Below, piece after piece: positions 28,041 to 36,433 of a DNA stretch of 64,000 nucleotides. The notes beneath the pieces are model-generated. The model ran no database searches. It saw nothing but the letters and a program-made list of their open reading frames with translations, and was not told the origin of the DNA. Position numbers and translations under genes: made by a program. The stretch spans positions 15,013 to 79,012 of the forward strand of contig WREI01000001.1 in assembly GCA_009779405.1 (NCBI GenBank), read 5' to 3'. Position 1 is the stretch's first letter. Each line of letters starts with the position of its first letter. The DNA is from Clostridiales bacterium. GTDB lineage: Bacteria; Bacillota; Clostridia; Christensenellales; CAG-138.

Positions 28041-28125
28041 ATCCGAGATGATTTTCCGGCGGCGGGCTTGTTTACAGGCCCGCCGCCGCTTTGCCCCGGA
28101 TAACGTATCTTCTCGGATAATGCGC
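28041..28125. repeat. Right inverted repeat of the RIT-like element
   Basis: Reverse complement of 25654-25737 with 2 mismatches, one further mismatch and one indel. Confidence 0.85.
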
Positions 28126-28181
28126 CCTATGGGAGTTCCCGGATAGGGCGCACTTAAACTCCTCCGCCAAAGCTCCAAGCC

Positions 28182-29519
28182 GTGCCATTACCCGAAGACG
28201 AGGACGAAGCTGCTTGGGTCGCCACTTATCGGATGCTGAACGATTTGGCACAAAAATTAGACATCGCCATCATACTATGTTGTCAATGCAAGATAATCAA
28301 TTATGAAGTTGAAGAAGCGACCTTGCCACAACCACAGATTCAGCTTGCGAACTCCGCGGGCATTTTCTATGTTTTGCATAATGGAGATGAACAAGCGGCA
28401 GTGCGGTATTTTGATTGCGAAACGGAAAAATCTTGGCAATTCCCTTTTCTATATTACGAAAAAGATAGTCGTTGGAATTTTCATCAATTCAAGGAGCTTG
28501 CCCCATCACTGCCAATCATGCGCGTTGAACTTTGTGCAAACACCTGCTGTGGAACGCTGGAGGAATGGATAGGCGAAGCCGTACAGCGAGGGTATAAAGC
28601 AATTGGATTTTTGGAATCACTTCAAACCTTCCCCAAAATCATGAAAGCCGCGAAGAAACATGCAGGGCATATTAAAGTGCTGTATGGAACGAGTTTTGAT
28701 GTTTTATCGGAAGGGGGTACCGAGGAGATTTATTCGGTAAACTGTCACGCGAAGAACTCGGAAGGGATCGCTAACCTATACCGACTGGCGGGGTTTGTTC
28801 GCAAAATAAAAATACAGAAATCCGAAGCGGAAGCGGTAGAATATAGCCTCATCCCTGAAAACGAATTTTGGAAGAACACGGAGGGCTTGCTTATAAGCTG
28901 CCCCTGTTCGTTTTCTCCATGGTGGAAGCCCAATGCCGATACAAATATTCGCAAGCCGGATTTTCTGACCGCTGACCCCATTTTCGCCACGGATCCGAAT
29001 GTTGCCTATGACCCCATTTTTTCTGGCGATGCGGATACATACGGAATCCCATGTTGTGCCGCAGGCGTGGGGCAAGTATGTGATTTATACGATTTGCAAT
29101 CTCCGCAAGGAATAAAAGTTGTTAAGCACGTTTCCACGCCCACTGAGCGGATTGCGCTGTTGCGAGCTGATGCTTCTAGCGATTATAGGCATCTCGCGCA
29201 TTATATAGCGCGAGAATCATCGATATCGCTTGACCTTGCGCCGTCGTCTTTTGCAGGTTCGCAGCTCTCCCTGTTTCGCGATGGTTTCGCTGTGGTGTAT
29301 GACGGCGACAGGATAGATTTCAGCGCTGACATTATGCAACCGCGCAGTACAGCAAAATGGGGTGTAATAGATAAAACGGGTGCGGTCGTTATCCCGTTTG
29401 AATATGACTATATTTCAAACTTCAACGACGGGCTGGCCGTGGTCTTCATCGGATTTGCGGATTTTTATCACTACGCCTTTTACGGCAGCTGGGGCATTTT
29501 GCAGATTATACCTGCATAA
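28182..29519 (+). CDS. Hypothetical mosaic protein: degenerate RecA-like helicase C-terminal segment + degenerate PHP-like domain + WG-containing repeats
   Basis: GTG start; the frame is open only from 28058. LNDLAQKLDIAIILCCQCK (helicase-like with His/Lys replaced). VELCANTCCG...GYKAIGFLES...IKVLYGTSF resembles a PHP domain lacking the His ligands. C-terminal KWGVIDKTGAVVIPFEYDYISNFNDGLAVV. Confidence 0.4.
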   Translation: MPLPEDEDEAAWVATYRMLNDLAQKLDIAIILCCQCKIINYEVEEATLPQPQIQLANSAGIFYVLHNGDEQAAVRYFDCETEKSWQFPFLYYEKDSRWNFHQFKELAPSLPIMRVELCANTCCGTLEEWIGEAVQRGYKAIGFLESLQTFPKIMKAAKKHAGHIKVLYGTSFDVLSEGGTEEIYSVNCHAKNSEGIANLYRLAGFVRKIKIQKSEAEAVEYSLIPENEFWKNTEGLLISCPCSFSPWWKPNADTNIRKPDFLTADPIFATDPNVAYDPIFSGDADTYGIPCCAAGVGQVCDLYDLQSPQGIKVVKHVSTPTERIALLRADASSDYRHLAHYIARESSISLDLAPSSFAGSQLSLFRDGFAVVYDGDRIDFSADIMQPRSTAKWGVIDKTGAVVIPFEYDYISNFNDGLAVVFIGFADFYHYAFYGSWGILQIIPA

Positions 29520-29598
29520 GCCCACAAAACTCTACCCCAAAAGTCGGACGCCGATATTCGCTTTCTGTTATTCTATCCACCGGAAAGGAGCTCGGAAT

Positions 29599-30471
29599 AT
29601 GGATCTGCTGACGCAACTCAATCTGGTGATGGACTATATCGAGGAGCATATCTGTGACGATATACAGCTCGCGGACGTTTCCTCCGTCACGTCGTATTCG
29701 GAATATCACTTTTGCCGACTGTTTTACTATATCGCCGATTTGCCGCTGTCGGAGTACATCCGCAAGCGGAAACTGTCGCTCGCGGCGATGGAATTGCAGG
29801 GCAGCGGCGTTCGGGTGATCGACCTTGCCGTCAAATACGGATACGACAGCGCGGACAGCTTTGCTCGGGCCTTCATGAAACAGCATGGCGTGACGCCCAG
29901 CGTTGCGCGCAGGACCGGGGTTGCGTTGAAAATCTTCCCTCCGATGACTTTTCAAATCAAAATTGAAGGAGTACAGGGTATGAACTGGCGTATTGAACAA
30001 AGGGAGGCTTTCGACGTGGTTGGCGTCGCACAGCGCTTTAAGAACGAGGAGACGGATAAAATCTCCGGGTTCTGGGACGAAAAATTCGGGGACGGCAGTT
30101 TGGAAAGGCTGCAAAAGCAGGTGGGGCGGGACGACCTCATGGGCGTTTGCGGGCATATGGACGACGAGCGGGGCGACTTCCTCTATATGATCGCGCTGTT
30201 CGCCGAAAAGGATACGAACATGGCGGGCTTTGACGTTATCCAAGCGCCCGCGGCGACCTGGGCCGTCTTCCGAAGCGAGGATTTCGACGAGAATCCCTAC
30301 GGCGAAGAGATAGGGAAACTCTTTCAGAGTGCCTATAAGGAGTGGCTGCCATCCTCGGGATATGACAAAATGGAGGGTCGCGACGGGGAGATTTACGATA
30401 TGGAAATCTACGGCGTGACGGACGGCGGCAAGTTTTTCGAGGAGGTCTGGCTGTCGGTGGTGAAACGATAA
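29599..30471 (+). CDS. AraC-family transcriptional regulator with GyrI-like effector-binding domain
   Basis: Start at MDLLTQLN behind GGAAAGGAG. AraC HTH (YSEYHFCRLF, GYDSADSFARAF). C-terminal GyrI-like fold (EIYDMEIYG). Confidence 0.8.
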   Translation: MDLLTQLNLVMDYIEEHICDDIQLADVSSVTSYSEYHFCRLFYYIADLPLSEYIRKRKLSLAAMELQGSGVRVIDLAVKYGYDSADSFARAFMKQHGVTPSVARRTGVALKIFPPMTFQIKIEGVQGMNWRIEQREAFDVVGVAQRFKNEETDKISGFWDEKFGDGSLERLQKQVGRDDLMGVCGHMDDERGDFLYMIALFAEKDTNMAGFDVIQAPAATWAVFRSEDFDENPYGEEIGKLFQSAYKEWLPSSGYDKMEGRDGEIYDMEIYGVTDGGKFFEEVWLSVVKR

Positions 30472-30564
30472 TTTCACTGTTCAATGTATTTCTGCATTCA
30501 TATCGAAAATTCGAAGTGCGGGCGTGTTATACTTGCGGTGAAGATACATGAGGGGGCAAAAAAC

Positions 30565-31974
30565 ATGCATTGTTTGAAGAGGGTTGAAATACTTTTGTTG
30601 CTGTCCGCCGTCATCCTTTTTGCCGCTTGCGGGGGCGCGCCCGCAGGGGACGCCACGCCGCCCGCTGCGACCGCGACCGCAGTGCCCGTACAAATATCCA
30701 CACCGGAGGATGGGTTGCCCGCGCGAAGTTTGTCGCGCTATTACATCCGTCTTGTGCGGATGGAGGAAGACCCGGAAGATAGCTTTGTGGATGCGGATTC
30801 TCATCTCTATGTTGGCGCAAAGGAACCGCGCAAATTATACGGCGTGCAGGTGAACGGAAGCAGGGTGGGAACCACATTGGAAGTTGTATTTTGGAGAACG
30901 GGAGAGATTGAAGCTAGACTGGAATCCTGTGATTACTCGACCGTAGCATTGCGCCTAACCCTTGCGGATGGGAGAAGCATGATAACGATGTTGGATGACG
31001 GCGATTTTTCGTACGGTGTTTTTATATACTGCATTGATTTGGACGAGGACGGCACAGATGAGATATTTGTATCTTTCGATTTTTGGACCTCCGGCAATTT
31101 TGAAAAATTATATATACTGAAAATCACGGATAGTGGCTTTGAAGAAATCGGCGCAAGAGTAATCAACACTCTGGAATCCTGCGCAGGCACGGAATTGATT
31201 GAAACCGCCGACGGGCCGCTTCTGCGTATATATACCATTAGGCATCGCTACGATACCCGATATGTCGAATATTATTATCGGGACGGAAAGTGGATTTTGG
31301 TTCGAGGGGAAACGGCTGCGAGAAAGCACAATCCCGCAGAAGATGTGCTCAAACGCTGGGGGCTTTGGGAACTCTATCGGTATGCTGAACCGCTCGCGGG
31401 CGAAGATGCGTTGATAGAGGATGAGGACGACAATTATTGCGACTTCGGGTTGGATTTATACGGCACCGGTAAAAAACTGGATCGGATGTATTTCTCCAAT
31501 GCACTGCTTTCATCCGATGAAAAATGGATTACGTTGATAGAATACGAGCGGGAATATGGCTCGGGCGACAAGAGTTTGCTGGGCTGTTTTGAAGACGTTT
31601 TGTGGTGGAGCTGGCTGCGAGAGACTTGTGATCTGGACGGGGACGGCGTGGATGAACTGGTGCTTTCCATGCCCTGTGGAGAAAAACGGCAACAGGAAAC
31701 GCATGTATACCAAGCCCAAAACGGAATCTTGCGTGAAATCTTCTTCCACAACAGCGCCGACCCAAGCGCGGGTTATCAAATCCCCTACCAAATAGAACTC
31801 CCGGTCTTTACGGACGCGGTCGCCTGGAACGCGGCGGTGACGCGGGTCTGGCTCGAAGAATTTCCCGAGGGCATCTCACTGATGTTTGCGCACGGCACGG
31901 AGGGATATTCACGACTCAGTTGGAACGGCAGCGAGTGGGCGCTTTTGGAACAGGGGAGGTTGGTTAAGGAATAG
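30565..31974 (+). CDS. Lipoprotein with FG-GAP/VCBS-like Asp-rich repeats
   Basis: Lipobox LFAAC after MHCLKRVEILLLLSAVI. Carries DLDEDGTDE and DLDGDGVDE calcium-binding-like loops. Confidence 0.6.
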   Translation: MHCLKRVEILLLLSAVILFAACGGAPAGDATPPAATATAVPVQISTPEDGLPARSLSRYYIRLVRMEEDPEDSFVDADSHLYVGAKEPRKLYGVQVNGSRVGTTLEVVFWRTGEIEARLESCDYSTVALRLTLADGRSMITMLDDGDFSYGVFIYCIDLDEDGTDEIFVSFDFWTSGNFEKLYILKITDSGFEEIGARVINTLESCAGTELIETADGPLLRIYTIRHRYDTRYVEYYYRDGKWILVRGETAARKHNPAEDVLKRWGLWELYRYAEPLAGEDALIEDEDDNYCDFGLDLYGTGKKLDRMYFSNALLSSDEKWITLIEYEREYGSGDKSLLGCFEDVLWWSWLRETCDLDGDGVDELVLSMPCGEKRQQETHVYQAQNGILREIFFHNSADPSAGYQIPYQIELPVFTDAVAWNAAVTRVWLEEFPEGISLMFAHGTEGYSRLSWNGSEWALLEQGRLVKE

Positions 31975-31979
31975 ATAAG

Positions 31980-32040
31980 AAGTAAGAATGCAGAGAGAAT
32001 CTAAATCGGCCCTCTCTGCATTCTGCATTATTACTTATCA
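31980..32040 (+). repeat. Hairpin repeat family, copy 1 (terminator-like)
   Basis: GAATGCAGAGAG (31986-97) pairs with CTCTCTGCATTC (32012-23). The 28-nt tail CCTCTCTGCATTCTGCATTATTACTTAT is identical to copy 3. Confidence 0.8.
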
Positions 32041-32052
32041 TCTCTCTGCCTT

Positions 32053-32388
32053 TTATATTCTCTTATAATCCATTGCCTTTTCAATCAAGACCAGGATGGC
32101 TTTTTGTTCTTTAACAGACAGCGGCGTAAGCAGATCATAGCAGCGTTTCGGGATTTCGTTTTGCGTCCCGCCGATTATGATCTTTTCAAAAAGAATTTCA
32201 AACGGCAGATCCAATGCCCGCGCCACCTTTTCGATGCTTTCAAGCGTGGCGTTCTTTTCGCCGCGCTCCAATTGCCCGATATATTTACCATGCAATCCGG
32301 CCAGTTCGCCTAACGCATCCTGACTGAGATTTTTCCGAGTTCTATACATGCGAATACGACTGCCTATGATTTGAGATATTTCTGACAT
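32053..32388 (-). CDS. XRE-family HTH transcriptional regulator
   Basis: MSEISQIIGSRIRMYRTRKNLSQDALGELAGLHGKYIGQLERGEKN. Start set at the third ATG behind TAGGAGGGA. Confidence 0.8.
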   Translation of the reverse strand: MSEISQIIGSRIRMYRTRKNLSQDALGELAGLHGKYIGQLERGEKNATLESIEKVARALDLPFEILFEKIIIGGTQNEIPKRCYDLLTPLSVKEQKAILVLIEKAMDYKRI

Positions 32389-32536
32389 ATGCATCCCTCC
32401 TAAAAATATGCTACAAGTTTCTTTTTGGCTTTGAAACAATCTATTGATTTCCCTTTTATTTTGCGGTAATCTATGAAGGGCTATTACAAAATTACGAATA
32501 CTATAAGTTCACAAAGCAGATAGGAGAATTATTCGC

Positions 32537-32773
32537 ATGGGAATATCAAAAGAATCCATAGCAATACAAAAAGCAGCATTGCAGTGCGGAGTCAGCGAGG
32601 AAGATTTTCGCAGGGAAATAGAGCGCGCCCTCCAAGCCGGGATGGCAAACCCCGACCCGCAAGTACAGGCCGCTTGGGCAAAGATACCGAGCAAAGGGAA
32701 ATCCCCCACCTCGGAAGAGGTGACGGCCTATGTAGCGGAAAGGGTAAGACGCAAGAATGCAGGGAGAATCTAA
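32537..32773 (+). CDS. Small protein resembling the Spo0A C-terminal (Spo0A_C) domain
   Basis: FRREIERALQAGMANPD and SPTSEEVTAYVAERV parallel B. subtilis Spo0A VERAIRHAIEVAWSRGN and KPTNSEFIAMVADKL. RBS TAGGAGAA. Confidence 0.45.
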   Translation: MGISKESIAIQKAALQCGVSEEDFRREIERALQAGMANPDPQVQAAWAKIPSKGKSPTSEEVTAYVAERVRRKNAGRI

Positions 32774-32805
32774 GACGACCCTCTCTGCATTCTGCATGAT
32801 TATCT
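32750..32805 (+). repeat. Hairpin repeat family, copy 2 (left arm lies inside the CDS end)
   Basis: GAATGCAGGGAG / CTCTCTGCATTC followed by TGCATGATTAT. Confidence 0.75.
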
Positions 32806-32811
32806 AATGAA

Positions 32812-33765
32812 CTACTCCGTAACTTTCACCCAATACCCCGCGTCGCGGCACTGAATATATCGCGTGAAGCCAAACAGGTGCTCCGGCGGCTCGGGCGCGT
32901 ATTCGCCCGGTACGGCGATGATTTGGTGGCGCATATGCGCGTCCTCCCAGGAACCGCAGAGGTGCGAGAGGGTGCCCTCGCCCGTCACGCTGCAAAATTC
33001 CGCGCCGGGGAAGGTTTTCTTGAACGGGTTCTCCACGGGGATGCGGGTCTCGCGCGGCAATTCCCGCTCGCGGGGCAGGGGCGGCGGGTCATAGGGATAG
33101 GCATATTCCATGGCCGGAAACGGCTCTTCCACGGGCGGATACGCATACGAAGCGGGCTCGCTCTGCGGCGCGGACTGCACGGGAACGCGTTGCGGCATCG
33201 GGGGCATGGGCGGCAGCGGCGGCATTACGGGCATGGAAGGGGGCATAGGCATATCCGGCATTGCATCCTCCTCCGCTTCGGGCTCCGGCGGCGCGGGCGG
33301 CGGTTCTGGCGGGGGGACGATTTTGGGTTCGGGCCTGGGCTCCGGCTTGGGTTCGGGTATGGGTTCGGGCAGGGGTTTCGGCAGGGGTTTCTCCGCGGGC
33401 GCACTGTGCGTCGCAGGCGCGGGCTTGTTCTGCGTATACTGCGGGGCCTTGGGCGGCGCGGGTCTATGCCCCGTATGCGCGAGAAGATCCGGCAGCAGGC
33501 GCGTGGGCGTGAGCGCGCTGCCCTGCGCCGCGCCCCAATAGGAGATACTCTCCCCGTCCAATGCCGCGACCGCAAAGATGGGATCGGCGATTTGCAATGC
33601 TTCGCCGGGATTGATGCGCACAAAGCCCGCGGGCGTCGCCAGATAGGCCTGCCCGCGCATATTGCGGCGCAAAGTCAGCAGCGCGATATGATTGCGCTGT
33701 TTCAGCATGCCCACCACTTCGCCGTGCTGGGTCTTCAAAGGAATATAATTCAACAATTGCATCAC
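32812..33765 (-). CDS. Proline-rich hypothetical protein with structured N- and C-terminal domains
   Basis: Central PEPIPEPKPEPRPEPK and MPPLPPMPPMP tracts. Globular ends (NYIPLKTQHGEVVGML..., ...FGFTRYIQCRDAGYWVKVTE). The opposite-strand ORF is R/G junk. Confidence 0.5.
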   Translation of the reverse strand: MMQLLNYIPLKTQHGEVVGMLKQRNHIALLTLRRNMRGQAYLATPAGFVRINPGEALQIADPIFAVAALDGESISYWGAAQGSALTPTRLLPDLLAHTGHRPAPPKAPQYTQNKPAPATHSAPAEKPLPKPLPEPIPEPKPEPRPEPKIVPPPEPPPAPPEPEAEEDAMPDMPMPPSMPVMPPLPPMPPMPQRVPVQSAPQSEPASYAYPPVEEPFPAMEYAYPYDPPPLPRERELPRETRIPVENPFKKTFPGAEFCSVTGEGTLSHLCGSWEDAHMRHQIIAVPGEYAPEPPEHLFGFTRYIQCRDAGYWVKVTE

Positions 33766-33845
33766 CTCTGTTTATTGTATTTTGTTGCGAGAGAGAGTAT
33801 GATACCCCTCTTGATTTGCGAGCCTGTTTGTGATAGTCTATTTTC

Positions 33846-34931
33846 ATGATTTATATGGCAAAGCCCCAATTGGGAAACGAAGAAAAAGATGCTGTCTGCA
33901 AGGTCATCGATTCCGGCATGATTGCCAACGGTGCCGTTGTTGCAGAATTTGAGAAACGTTTCGCCGCGTATGTCGGCGCAAAGCACGGTATTGCCACGAC
34001 CTCGGGCACGACCGCGCTGGAAGTCGCGCTGCGGGCGTTCGGAATCGGGCCGGGTGACAAGGTGTTGACCACGCCGTTTTCCTTTATCGCCACGGCCAAT
34101 TCGATCGTGTATACCGGGGCAACACCCGTATTTGCCGACATTGACCCGGCGACCTATAACATGGATCCCGAAAAGGCGGAGCAGGTGTTGCAAAGCACAC
34201 CGGGCATACGTGCCATATTGGTTGTGCATCTGTTCGGGCGCAGTTGCGAGATGGACGCGTTCGTTGCACTGGCGAAAAAATATGGGGTCCTGTTGGTCGA
34301 AGACTGCGCCCAATGCCACGGCGCGACGTGGAGGGGCCAAAAAACCGGCTCCTTTGGCGATGCAGCCTGCTTCAGCTTCTATCCCACCAAGAATATGGCG
34401 ACGGGTGAGGGCGGCATGGTGCTGACCGACAGCGACGAGACCGAGAAAGCATGCAGAATGCTGATCAACCACGGCATGGAGACGCGATATTATCACGATA
34501 TAGTCGGCTACAACTATCGTATGACCAATATCGCCGCCGCAATCGGCCTGTGCCAGTTGGATAAGCTCCCGCGCATGAACGAGCGGCGCAGGGTGGCGGC
34601 AGGCTATTATGACGCGCATATCCGCAACGATTTGGTTGTGACGCCGCAACCGGACGCCGGGCATGTATACCACCAATACACCATGCGGGTTATTGGCGGG
34701 CGGCGCGATGTTTTCATTGAATATCTGACCGCGAAGCAAATTGGACACGGTGTCTTTTATCCGCTGACCATCCCCGAGCAGAAGTGCTATGCCGCATTTA
34801 ACTTCCAAACGGCATATCCCGCGGCGGATTTGCTGAAAACGCAGGTCGTCAGTCTGCCCGTGCATCCCGGACTGACCGATGCCGAGATACGCGAAGTGGC
34901 GGAAACGGTCAACACGTTTAGCGGGGCATAG
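33846..34931 (+). CDS. DegT/DnrJ/EryC1-family sugar aminotransferase (WbpE/WlbC-like)
   Basis: GNEEKDAV, HGIATTSGTTALEVAL, FSFYPTKNMATGEGG (PLP Lys). Confidence 0.85.
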   Translation: MIYMAKPQLGNEEKDAVCKVIDSGMIANGAVVAEFEKRFAAYVGAKHGIATTSGTTALEVALRAFGIGPGDKVLTTPFSFIATANSIVYTGATPVFADIDPATYNMDPEKAEQVLQSTPGIRAILVVHLFGRSCEMDAFVALAKKYGVLLVEDCAQCHGATWRGQKTGSFGDAACFSFYPTKNMATGEGGMVLTDSDETEKACRMLINHGMETRYYHDIVGYNYRMTNIAAAIGLCQLDKLPRMNERRRVAAGYYDAHIRNDLVVTPQPDAGHVYHQYTMRVIGGRRDVFIEYLTAKQIGHGVFYPLTIPEQKCYAAFNFQTAYPAADLLKTQVVSLPVHPGLTDAEIREVAETVNTFSGA

Positions 34932-34933
34932 CA

Positions 34934-35458
34934 ATGGAAGAGGTTTTTATCCATCCTTCGGCGCATGTGTCGGAGAAGGCCGAAATAGGCAGGGGAACAA
35001 AGATTTGGATCAACGCCCAAATCCGCGAGAATGTGCGCATCGGCGAAAACTGCATCATCAGCAAGGATACCTATATTGATATGGGCGTTTCCATCGGAAA
35101 CGGCGTAAAAGTCCAGAACGGCGTTTCTGTCTATCATGGTGTTACGATAGCTGACGATGTGTTTGTCGGGCCGAACGCCTGTTTTACCAACGATCAGTGT
35201 CCGCGCGCGTTCAACGCGGACTGGAAAGTGCGCGAAACAAAGGTCGGGCGCGGCGCGAGCATCGGCGCAAACGCCACCATCGTCTGCGGGATTCATCTGG
35301 GCGAATATTGCATGGTGGGCGCGGGCAGCGTGGTCACAAAGGATGTGCCGCCCTATACGCTGGTCGTGGGCAATCCGGCCCGCCCGGTCGGCAGGATATG
35401 CAGGTGCGGCGAGCGGCTGCAAGACGGGGCATGCCCGGTATGCGGAGAGGATAGATAA
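34934..35458 (+). CDS. Left-handed beta-helix N-acetyltransferase (WbpD/WlbB-like)
   Basis: Hexapeptide repeats, VFVGPNACFTND, GASIGANATIVCG, VVGNPARPVGRICRCGE tail typical of WlbB. Confidence 0.8.
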   Translation: MEEVFIHPSAHVSEKAEIGRGTKIWINAQIRENVRIGENCIISKDTYIDMGVSIGNGVKVQNGVSVYHGVTIADDVFVGPNACFTNDQCPRAFNADWKVRETKVGRGASIGANATIVCGIHLGEYCMVGAGSVVTKDVPPYTLVVGNPARPVGRICRCGERLQDGACPVCGEDR

Positions 35459-35459
35459 T

Positions 35460-36413
35460 ATGGGAGAAAAAATACGGATCGGTGTAATCGGCACCGGAAA
35501 CATGGGGAGAAACCATGTACGGGTATTATCGGAAGCTTCCGATTTTGACTTGGTGTCCGTCTTTGATGTGCAGGCGGAGCGGGCGCATGCCTTGGCAATG
35601 CAGTACCATGTGTCTGCATCTGCATCGGCGGAAGCCCTGATGGACGCGGTGGACGCGGTCGTGATCGCGGCGCCCTCTTTTTTGCATAAGGAGTTGGGCT
35701 TGCTGGCGGCGGAACGGGGTATCCACGCGTTGATTGAGAAGCCGCTGGCGCTGAACTGTGAGGACGCCGAAATTTTGTGCCGGGCCTTTGCCAACGCGAA
35801 GAAAAAGCTGATGATAGGGCATGTGGAGCGATTCAATCCCGTTTTGACAGAGCTGGTGAAGTTGTTGAACGGGGAAGAAGTGATTGCCGTTGAAGCTGTT
35901 CGATACAGCCCCTTTGACGGAAGAATAACGGATACGGATGTCGTGTATGATTTAATGATACACGATATCGACATTGTATGTAACGCATTGTGCGATCAAG
36001 AAATTGTCGGGATCAGCGGGTTTGGCGTTGCCGTAAAAAGCGGTATGACGGATTTCGCGAATTGTCTCTTGCGATTTGAAAACGGCGTGCTGGCAAAGCT
36101 GAGCGCGAGCCGTGTCACGGAGAGCAAGGTGCGCATGATACAGGTGCATACGTTGCGTTCGTATATCATCGCGGATTTGCTGAACCGGACCCTGACCGTA
36201 TTGAAGCAGACAAATATGATCGTTGAAAACAGCAACTCGTCCTATCGCCAGGAAAGCATTTCACAACGGATATTTGTGCCGATGGTCGAGCCGCTCAAGA
36301 TGGAACTGTTGTCTTTACACCATTGCATTGCAAACGATACCGAACCCGCTATAAACGGCGCGCATGCCGTCAAAGCCCTGCGTGTTGCCGCGGATTTGCG
36401 CAACGCATTCTAA
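35460..36413 (+). CDS. Gfo/Idh/MocA-family sugar oxidoreductase (WbpB/WlbA-like)
   Basis: Start at MGEKIRIGVIGTGNMGRNH immediately after the upstream stop. EKPLAL motif. Confidence 0.85.
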   Translation: MGEKIRIGVIGTGNMGRNHVRVLSEASDFDLVSVFDVQAERAHALAMQYHVSASASAEALMDAVDAVVIAAPSFLHKELGLLAAERGIHALIEKPLALNCEDAEILCRAFANAKKKLMIGHVERFNPVLTELVKLLNGEEVIAVEAVRYSPFDGRITDTDVVYDLMIHDIDIVCNALCDQEIVGISGFGVAVKSGMTDFANCLLRFENGVLAKLSASRVTESKVRMIQVHTLRSYIIADLLNRTLTVLKQTNMIVENSNSSYRQESISQRIFVPMVEPLKMELLSLHHCIANDTEPAINGAHAVKALRVAADLRNAF

Positions 36414-36433
36414 TCCTTTCCCGGAGGTTGCCT

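Larger units (their letters stand above)
25654..28125 (+). mobile_element. Recombinase-in-trio (RIT)-like element: three overlapping tyrosine recombinase ORFs (first one truncated) between long inverted repeats
   Basis: 84/85-bp terminal inverted repeats. Three same-strand recombinase ORFs with overlapping stop/start codons. Confidence 0.65.
23875..28170. mobile_element. tRNA-Ser-adjacent integrase island remnant (right boundary uncertain; lower-GC DNA may extend to about 32.8 kb)
   Basis: The tyrosine integrase gene abuts the tRNA 3' end. Next come a truncated helicase gene and a nested RIT-like element. GC drops by eye. Confidence 0.45.

Noticed and set aside
28160-28170. CTCCGCCAAA matching the tRNA-Ser 3' end, as a possible attR of the integrase island.
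   Set aside because: The match is only 10-11 nt. A match of that length is not improbable by chance in 2 x 64 kb, and the flanking bases do not extend it. It is kept only as a weak candidate in the island finding.
32878-33849. 323-aa plus-strand ORF competing with the proline-rich minus-strand gene.
   Set aside because: It is Arg/Gly-rich with no structured termini. The minus-strand product has plausible globular N- and C-terminal domains.
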